Below are positions 58,404-64,000 of a DNA stretch of 64,000 nt, piece by piece; the first letter of the stretch is position 1; each line of letters begins with the position of its first letter. The stretch is from the NCBI GenBank assembly GCA_964537315.1, contig CAZIAP010000001.1, forward strand, positions 379,926-443,925, read 5' to 3'. The notes below the pieces were generated by a model, which did not search any database, was not told the origin of the DNA, and worked only from the letters and a program-made list of their open reading frames with translations. The position numbers and the translations under genes are program-made. The stretch comes from an uncultured Gammaproteobacteria bacterium. GTDB taxonomy: Bacteria > Patescibacteriota > Microgenomatia > Levybacterales > GWA1-39-11.

Positions 58404-59060
58404 TCAATCCGCAACAACAGAAACTTCAGTTGAGAGACTCAGCACATTTTCAATCGGCTCTTTCATCTTTCTCAAACTATTTCTAGCTTCATCCAGTCTT
58501 CGTTTATCATCAAGCGCATATCGCAAATCTTTGCCTTTTATATATTCTCTTTCTACCTCCTGTGTATTTGGATTATATCGGACCGTAAGAACTCTAACTG
58601 TTTCGTTTCCTCTATACCCAACCTTTCTTTCACTGTTATCTTGATAAATACGTCCTTCATGATTTTTAACTATCTTTCTATTTGGGACACTACCTGGATG
58701 AAATATTCCAAATCCATCACCACCTCTATAACCTTCTTCGTATTGCAAAAAATACCCAATAATTTCACCTGTTCCAGTACTCTTTAGGTTATACATTTCT
58801 GAGTAGAGAATATTTCCCATATGAGGTTTATTATCCGGACCATTAAATAAAAACATATTTTCCCCAGTCTGCATGCCTGAGTTGATTACACTTAAATATG
58901 CTTCAGTAGGCAACTTACTGTTATTCAATTTTTCTGTTTGATGAACATTCTCAATTTTTGGAGAAAAAGGGGTGATGTTAGACAATTCACTTTCTGCTTT
59001 TTCGGATTTTAATAAACTTTCATCCAAGTTGTTAAATACAACTTCGCTTCTCTCTAACAT
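58404..59060 (-). CDS. Hypothetical protein
   Basis: 218-aa ORF with no recognisable domain. Confidence 0.3.
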   Translation of the reverse strand: MLERSEVVFNNLDESLLKSEKAESELSNITPFSPKIENVHQTEKLNNSKLPTEAYLSVINSGMQTGENMFLFNGPDNKPHMGNILYSEMYNLKSTGTGEIIGYFLQYEEGYRGGDGFGIFHPGSVPNRKIVKNHEGRIYQDNSERKVGYRGNETVRVLTVRYNPNTQEVEREYIKGKDLRYALDDKRRLDEARNSLRKMKEPIENVLSLSTEVSVVAD

Positions 59061-59177
59061 AAGTATGCTGAAAGTAAATTAAAAGAAAATTACTTTTCAG
59101 TATTTATATTCTTTAATGTTATTGATTGCTTCGCTGGACAAAATCCTGACATTATGAAATCTGAACAGGGAGTGAAA

Positions 59178-59510
59178 TTAGCTTACGAGGGAGCCTACAG
59201 CAGCGTCACGGTCAAGAGACAAAACAGAGAACCCGCTCTCTTCGTCGCCTGCTGCCAAAATCATACCGTTTGATTCTTCACCACGGAATTTTGCTGGCTT
59301 AAGATTTGTCACAACTATTACTTTTTTATCCAGTAGCTCGTTTTCTTCGTAAAATGGGACAAGGCCGGTTACAATTTGTCGGTTTTCTTCCTCTCCTACA
59401 TCTACCATCAATTTGTAAAGCTTATCTGCACCTTCAACCCGACTAATCTCAATTATCTGCCCTACTTTCATCTCAACTTTTTTAAATTCATCAAAATCTA
59501 TTTTTTCCAT
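59178..59510 (-). CDS. tRNA-binding domain protein (CsaA/Trbp111/EMAP-like)
   Basis: 110 aa. Contains KVGQIIEISRVEGADKLYKLMVDVGEE…IVTGL…VIVVTNLKPAKFRGEESNGMIL, the pattern of the MetRS C-terminal tRNA-binding domain. Confidence 0.65.
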   Translation of the reverse strand: MEKIDFDEFKKVEMKVGQIIEISRVEGADKLYKLMVDVGEEENRQIVTGLVPFYEENELLDKKVIVVTNLKPAKFRGEESNGMILAAGDEESGFSVLSLDRDAAVGSLVS

Positions 59511-59536
59511 AATTTTTCAGTCGTCTATCAATTCTA

Positions 59537-60160
59537 TCACTCCTTGGGTGTATTATCCAAGCTTTTCCATAAATATCTACTTGCAAGGCTCCTATACGGC
59601 TTCCACTTTTGAGAGATTGTCTCAATAGCAAGTAAATCATCTCGATTTACTCCATAGAGTCTTGAAACTGCATTGCGTAGCCCCAAATCTCCCAATGAAA
59701 ATACGTCTTCACGACCATAGCTAAACATCAAGAACATTTCAGCAGTCCATCGTCCAATTCCTTTTAGTTTGATCAAGCTCTCAATAACCTCCTCATCAGG
59801 CCATGTCCTCATTGATTCAAAATCTATCTCTTGATTAATTATAGATTCACAAACTCCTTTAACGTACTTAATTTTTGCATAAGACAGTCCACAAGTCCTC
59901 AATTTCTCATCATCTGTATTTAATACTTGCATGGGTGTTGGATTTTTATCAGCATACAAAGATAAGAATCGTTGCTCGATTGTGTTTCCTGCCTTTACTG
60001 ACAACTGTTGTCCAATTATTGATCCACAAATTTCTAAAAATAAATTCCCCGAATATGACCAGCCTGGAAGCTCATAGGTTTCAATCAATTTTTTCATTAC
60101 TGGATCCTTGGAAAGATATGCATGTGCTTTGTCTGTAACTTTCATAAATGTATTATACAA
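59537..60160 (-). CDS. HhH-GPD base-excision DNA glycosylase (AlkA / 3-methyladenine glycosylase II-like)
   Basis: 207 aa. Contains GQQLSVKAGNTIEQRF and the helix-hairpin-helix LKGIGRWTAEMFLMFS followed by a conserved Asp. Confidence 0.7.
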   Translation of the reverse strand: MYNTFMKVTDKAHAYLSKDPVMKKLIETYELPGWSYSGNLFLEICGSIIGQQLSVKAGNTIEQRFLSLYADKNPTPMQVLNTDDEKLRTCGLSYAKIKYVKGVCESIINQEIDFESMRTWPDEEVIESLIKLKGIGRWTAEMFLMFSYGREDVFSLGDLGLRNAVSRLYGVNRDDLLAIETISQKWKPYRSLASRYLWKSLDNTPKE

Positions 60161-60210
60161 GATAGAAGACTTGAAATTTTATGCTTGGTTTGAAAAAATA
60201 ACTGAGACTT

Positions 60211-60786
60211 ATGAGCAAAGAAGGAGAGATACATCCAGATATACTAAATGCAGCCGAACTTTTTCGGAATGTTCATTATTACAAAGAAGCTAGTCCACTA
60301 GTTATTGATATTGGACAAATAATGCAACCTGATACGGAGTACACGCTAACACACGCAAACTGTCAGGTGTATGCTAATGTTGCAGAGGGAATGGTCCATA
60401 AAATCATAATCCCACCATACTACCGTTCAAGGGAAAAGTTTATTGATAATAATGCCTATTTACCAATAAAATCTTTAGATTCTTTGCAACCAGGTGACAC
60501 ATTATTTTTTGGACCACCACATAATTACGCAGATCCAGCAGAATACCATCAAGGAGTTTTTTCGGGTAAATATATAGATGACAAGCCTCTAATTAGTCAT
60601 CTACCTGGTCACTTTAAAAAAGCATGGAAAGACGGACTTCCTGAACAAAAAATTCCTGGACCCAGGCTCTGGACTCCTGATCAGTTCAACAGCGAGTTCC
60701 GCGAGCATATTGGATATTTGAAAGGAATTAGAAGGGCAAACCCTGAAGTGTTAGTTAACAGAGGCGCAATCAAACTCGAAAATTAA
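60211..60786 (+). CDS. Hypothetical protein (possible Cys/His hydrolase fold; unassigned)
   Basis: 191-aa ORF. Conserved-looking Cys (HANCQVY) and His (YHQGVFSG) residues are present, with no secure family match. Confidence 0.3.
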   Translation: MSKEGEIHPDILNAAELFRNVHYYKEASPLVIDIGQIMQPDTEYTLTHANCQVYANVAEGMVHKIIIPPYYRSREKFIDNNAYLPIKSLDSLQPGDTLFFGPPHNYADPAEYHQGVFSGKYIDDKPLISHLPGHFKKAWKDGLPEQKIPGPRLWTPDQFNSEFREHIGYLKGIRRANPEVLVNRGAIKLEN

Positions 60787-61889
60787 GACCTCGTAGTTTT
60801 AAGTTGTCTTTCTCTATTGTGCCTTTCTAAGGCTAACTCAATTAGCCGGTCGATTAACTCTGAATAAGACATTCCACTAGCTTTCCATAACTGTGGATAC
60901 ATACTAATCTTAGTAAAACCGGGAATTGTGTTGATTTCATTCACAAAAATCTCCCGTGTTTCTTTGTGCATGAAAAAATCTACGCGTGCCATACCTTCAC
61001 AGTACAATGCTTTATAAGCTCTTACTGCTAAATCCTGGACTTTTGCTGATTCAGTCTCTGAAATGTTTGCAGGTATTTCTAGTTTTGCTCCGTTTTCATC
61101 AATATATTTTGCTTCATATGAATAAAACTCGTGTGATGGTATTATCCTCCCCGGAACTGAGGTTAAAGGAGCATCATTACCTAGGACTGAAACCTCTATC
61201 TCATCACAAGGAACATACTCCTCGATTAGCACTTTTGAATCATAGGTAAAGGAGACTTTAAGAGCTTCTGAGAACTGTTTTTGATTTTTAACTTTGCTTA
61301 CTCCTACTGAAGAACCCATGTTTGCAGGTTTAACAAAAAATGGAGATCCTAATACTTCTTCAACCATCTCGAATGTAATATCTTTCTTTTCTGAGTCCAT
61401 TACTGTCATATATTTACAAATCGGTAACCCTTCAGCTTTGAGCAATTTTTTCATCACTTCTTTATCCATTCCAATTGCGGAACCTAAAACTCCCGCCCCG
61501 ACAAACGGAATATCCAATAGCTTCAACATACCTTGGATCGTGCCATCCTCCCCATATGTACCATGAAGTATTGGAACTGCTACATCAATACCTCCTGAAA
61601 AAGGATGTTTTTTAGATGAAATTAGTTGCGACTTTTGCGCGCCAGGAATAACAGATAATTCTGTTGAAGAGCTGTTTTTAACTTCTTCGTTGTAGGCTTG
61701 TAAAGAAAATACAGAAGGCTGTTGCAAATGCCACGTTCCTGTGCGGTCTATACCAATTAGTACAGGTTCGTATTTATTTTTGTCTAGAGCATCATATACA
61801 TTTTTCGCTGATTGAATTGAGACTTCATGCTCTGCTGACCTCCCACCAAAAATTATACCTACCTTTATTTTTTTACTCATAGCAAGCAT
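60783..61889 (-). CDS. ddl: D-alanine--D-alanine ligase
   Basis: 368 aa. Contains KVGIIFGGRSAEHEVSIQSA and the ATP-grasp region (…GEDGTIQG…FVKPANMGSSVGVS…). Confidence 0.85.
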   Translation of the reverse strand: MLAMSKKIKVGIIFGGRSAEHEVSIQSAKNVYDALDKNKYEPVLIGIDRTGTWHLQQPSVFSLQAYNEEVKNSSSTELSVIPGAQKSQLISSKKHPFSGGIDVAVPILHGTYGEDGTIQGMLKLLDIPFVGAGVLGSAIGMDKEVMKKLLKAEGLPICKYMTVMDSEKKDITFEMVEEVLGSPFFVKPANMGSSVGVSKVKNQKQFSEALKVSFTYDSKVLIEEYVPCDEIEVSVLGNDAPLTSVPGRIIPSHEFYSYEAKYIDENGAKLEIPANISETESAKVQDLAVRAYKALYCEGMARVDFFMHKETREIFVNEINTIPGFTKISMYPQLWKASGMSYSELIDRLIELALERHNRERQLKTTRS

Positions 61890-61960
61890 TATAAATACGA
61901 TTTGTAAGAGAAAGATATGAGACAGTAATTTAGTATTGAGTTACTCTGTGATACTTAAAT

Positions 61961-62299
61961 CTAACTGTCATTTCTTGTTTCTTCAATGTCTTTGCGTAGT
62001 TCATTTTTCAACTCTTCTGCAGCTTTTTTAATTTTCTCTTCAATATTATCAACTTTGTCCATAAGATGATTCCAGACACTTTCATGATTTTCTGATGCTA
62101 GATGTTGAAGGAACACTTTTTTGTCCTCTTGTGACAACTCCGAGAGTATAGCATCGATAACCTCATGATGAATTGTCGACTCAATTAGCATCTCCAGATG
62201 CTTGTGCTCGTCAGGGTCTAAGTTCAGATCTTGTAAAGCCGATGTAAGTGAGTCTGTTTCAATTATATTGTGATAAAAGTGTTTTTTATTTTTATTCAT
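61961..62299 (-). CDS. Hypothetical acidic small protein
   Basis: 112-aa ORF, glutamate-rich. Confidence 0.3.
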   Translation of the reverse strand: MNKNKKHFYHNIIETDSLTSALQDLNLDPDEHKHLEMLIESTIHHEVIDAILSELSQEDKKVFLQHLASENHESVWNHLMDKVDNIEEKIKKAAEELKNELRKDIEETRNDS

Positions 62300-62307
62300 A
62301 AATTAAC

Positions 62308-63231
62308 TCATCCTTCTTTTTCCACTTGGCTCTGCTCTTCATGACTTTCGATCGGTCCTAAAGGTATTTTATCATCAGGGTCATCAAGAAAAAAATATAA
62401 CACTGCTCCTTTTGCCCGTCCGTCTACTCGTTCTAAGTAACTCATCACTTCTGGTGATCCTCCTAAGCTTTTCCCCGTCCATTCAGCAGGACCTGCATCC
62501 CCAATAACCGCGACTACTGCTTTCCCATTGTTGGGATTTACAACTAACATTTTTTTGAATTTATAAAAATCTCTATACTCTCTGACTTTTTGTTTGAAAT
62601 TTGGTGAGAGAAATGTCTGTACAGCGATATAATATTTTTCCCGCATTACATCCTGCTCGCTCATAGGCTGCCCTGCAGGCACAAAATATCCCCATGCACC
62701 CAGTCCAGGCGCCATACCAGATGACCAGTATTTTGCAGCATCCTCCGGTCCTCCTGCTGGTGGATTGAAGTGTGTTTCCATCGTGTCTCCGGGATAACGA
62801 GCAAGATGCTGTTCGGCACCTATATACCCGTAGCTTCTATTAAGTCGCAGACCATTCATTTCAGCATATACTTTGACTCCATAATGGTCTGATAACATCT
62901 GAGAAATTTTCGCTTCTTCTTCCGGACTAAGAGCACGAACATGATCAGGCAGCGCCGAGGTTAAATCAGATATAAAAAAAACGCTTTTATCTAAGTCTAT
63001 ACCAACTTCTTTTCCTTCGAGAGGTGTAGGCAAAGAAACAGTCGGACCAGCTGCCATAGACGAGGTAAGCAACATAAATCCCCCTACAGATCCAAGTGCA
63101 ACCTGCTTGGCGTTATGCGCAAGGTCAGAAATCGGTAACGTATGCTTGTCCCATACATTTTTTTTTATTTCTTCGTGTCTTTTGACAAGTTTATCTTTTA
63201 GCTTATTATATTGAGATTTGGAAGCAGCCAT
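62308..63231 (-). CDS. Membrane-anchored protein with C-terminal RlpA-like double-psi beta-barrel (DPBB) domain
   Basis: 307 aa. The C-terminal KMLVVNPNNGKAVVAVIGDAGPAEWTGKSLGGSPEVMSYL resembles the DPBB_1 pattern (V.N..NG.sv.v.vnDrGP…iDLS). Confidence 0.4.
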   Translation of the reverse strand: MAASKSQYNKLKDKLVKRHEEIKKNVWDKHTLPISDLAHNAKQVALGSVGGFMLLTSSMAAGPTVSLPTPLEGKEVGIDLDKSVFFISDLTSALPDHVRALSPEEEAKISQMLSDHYGVKVYAEMNGLRLNRSYGYIGAEQHLARYPGDTMETHFNPPAGGPEDAAKYWSSGMAPGLGAWGYFVPAGQPMSEQDVMREKYYIAVQTFLSPNFKQKVREYRDFYKFKKMLVVNPNNGKAVVAVIGDAGPAEWTGKSLGGSPEVMSYLERVDGRAKGAVLYFFLDDPDDKIPLGPIESHEEQSQVEKEG

Positions 63232-63242
63232 AGACGAGGCAA

Positions 63243-64000
63243 TTAAAATTTGAATTTAACTGTTTTACAAGATCGTTCTAAAACAGTCGCAGGAGCAAAT
63301 GTACCAAGTTGGAGATTATCCTTTTCAAAAGTCGTGACTATTTCATCCTGCTGAGCCGGAGTTTCAGTAGATGATGTTTGCTGTGTTGTGCCATTGCCGA
63401 ATAATCGTGCAAAGAAATCCACTATGGTGCCAAATAATCCCTTGTTTTCAGCTGATGATCCCATTACTATTGCCGTATAGGGTAGACCAGCGGTTGTCTT
63501 TCGAGTACATTTTACGGTCGCTTGAGCAGTATAAGTTACTCCTTTTTGAACATTTGAGGGAATCTGGACATTCCACTGTGCCTGATATTTAACCAGGGAG
63601 TTAGTCTGAGATACAACTGTTGCAGGAACTAATTGAGGACCTGCAATTCTCTGCGTACCTCCTGCTTCCAAAAGAAAATCAATATTTTTTATCTCAGCAT
63701 ATCTTACATCATTTCCTTCAACTTTACCGTTCGCAGTGAATACTGCAGGCTGTCCAGCTATGATCTGAGATACCGTCATCCCATCACACGAGCAAGCCGC
63801 ATCGCCTCTAAAAGGATCAGGTGTGGCCGTTGGCGGTACAGGGGTTGCTGTCGCCGCTGGTGGGTTATTTGGCGGATTGTTAGGTGGGTTGTTCGGTGGC
63901 ACACATTTTCCTGTTTGCACATTGCATGCAGTACATCCGTCAGTTGCCTGCATACAGATGGCAGGATTACTTGAACAATCTGCGTTACATGCTCCTGCCG
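63243..64000 (-). CDS. Partial CDS (5' end beyond window): secreted Cys-rich protein with a (PPNN)n linker
   Basis: The frame stays open upstream of the first Met to the window edge (…AGACNADCSSNPAICMQATDGCTAC…). A PPNNPPNNPPNNPP repeat is encoded by a 12-nt tandem DNA repeat at about 63861-63900. Confidence 0.4.
   Translation of the reverse strand, partial: AGACNADCSSNPAICMQATDGCTACNVQTGKCVPPNNPPNNPPNNPPAATATPVPPTATPDPFRGDAACSCDGMTVSQIIAGQPAVFTANGKVEGNDVRYAEIKNIDFLLEAGGTQRIAGPQLVPATVVSQTNSLVKYQAQWNVQIPSNVQKGVTYTAQATVKCTRKTTAGLPYTAIVMGSSAENKGLFGTIVDFFARLFGNGTTQQTSSTETPAQQDEIVTTFEKDNLQLGTFAPATVLERSCKTVKFKF

Noticed and set aside
59061-59177. Hairpin GCTGAAAGTAA…TTACTTTTCAG followed by T-rich sequence on the plus strand.
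   Set aside because: No plus-strand gene lies upstream for it to terminate. On the minus strand it has no U-tract. It is an imperfect stem and probably incidental.
1-64000. CRISPR arrays, transposases, integrases, restriction-modification systems or other defence systems.
   Set aside because: No repeat-spacer periodicity, recombinase or nuclease domains were seen. Repeats found are short palindromes or coding low-complexity repeats only.

Overview
This is a low-GC bacterial chromosomal window, about 90% coding. It uses the standard code: TGA is a stop, for example ATGA overlaps at 1258/1261 and between ugd and rmd. The gene content suggests a small-genome lineage such as CPR/Patescibacteria (mini-TsaB, archaeal-type AspRS, a DUF5679 zinc-ribbon peptide, many SD-less starts), but that is inference only. 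Housekeeping genes include tRNA-Gln, mutL, mutS, gltX, aspS, recJ, cca, secD, secF, prfB, ddl, ftsE, ftsX and the t6A genes tsaC, tsaB and tsaE. There is a large cell-envelope block. The main feature is an 11-kb minus-strand operon at 33.1-43.9 kb that makes three activated sugars: dTDP-L-rhamnose (rmlABCD), GDP-D-rhamnose (gmd, rmd) and UDP-xylose (ugd, uxs). These genes are translationally coupled to a polyprenyl-phosphate glycosyltransferase (GT2 fused to GtrA) and a GT-C/GT39 (PMT/ArnT-like) transferase, which points to an extracytoplasmic lipid-linked glycosylation pathway. Several nearby secreted proteins carry Thr/Pro-rich linkers and are candidate substrates. Other notable items are two tandem paralogous genes that each encode a double GH130 domain, and a TrpR/YerC-like regulator flanked by a repeated palindrome (GATGTATTAATACATC) that recurs at the tsaE promoter. 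A structured leader with a terminator lies upstream of a TerC gene, with mntH also in the window, so it may be a Mn-riboswitch-like element. The ORF track missed a 49-aa DUF5679 zinc-ribbon gene that has a structured leader and a bidirectional terminator. A switch-like pair of alternative hairpins and a 2-codon uORF precede a hypothetical gene. No CRISPR, integrase, transposase or recognisable defence system was seen.
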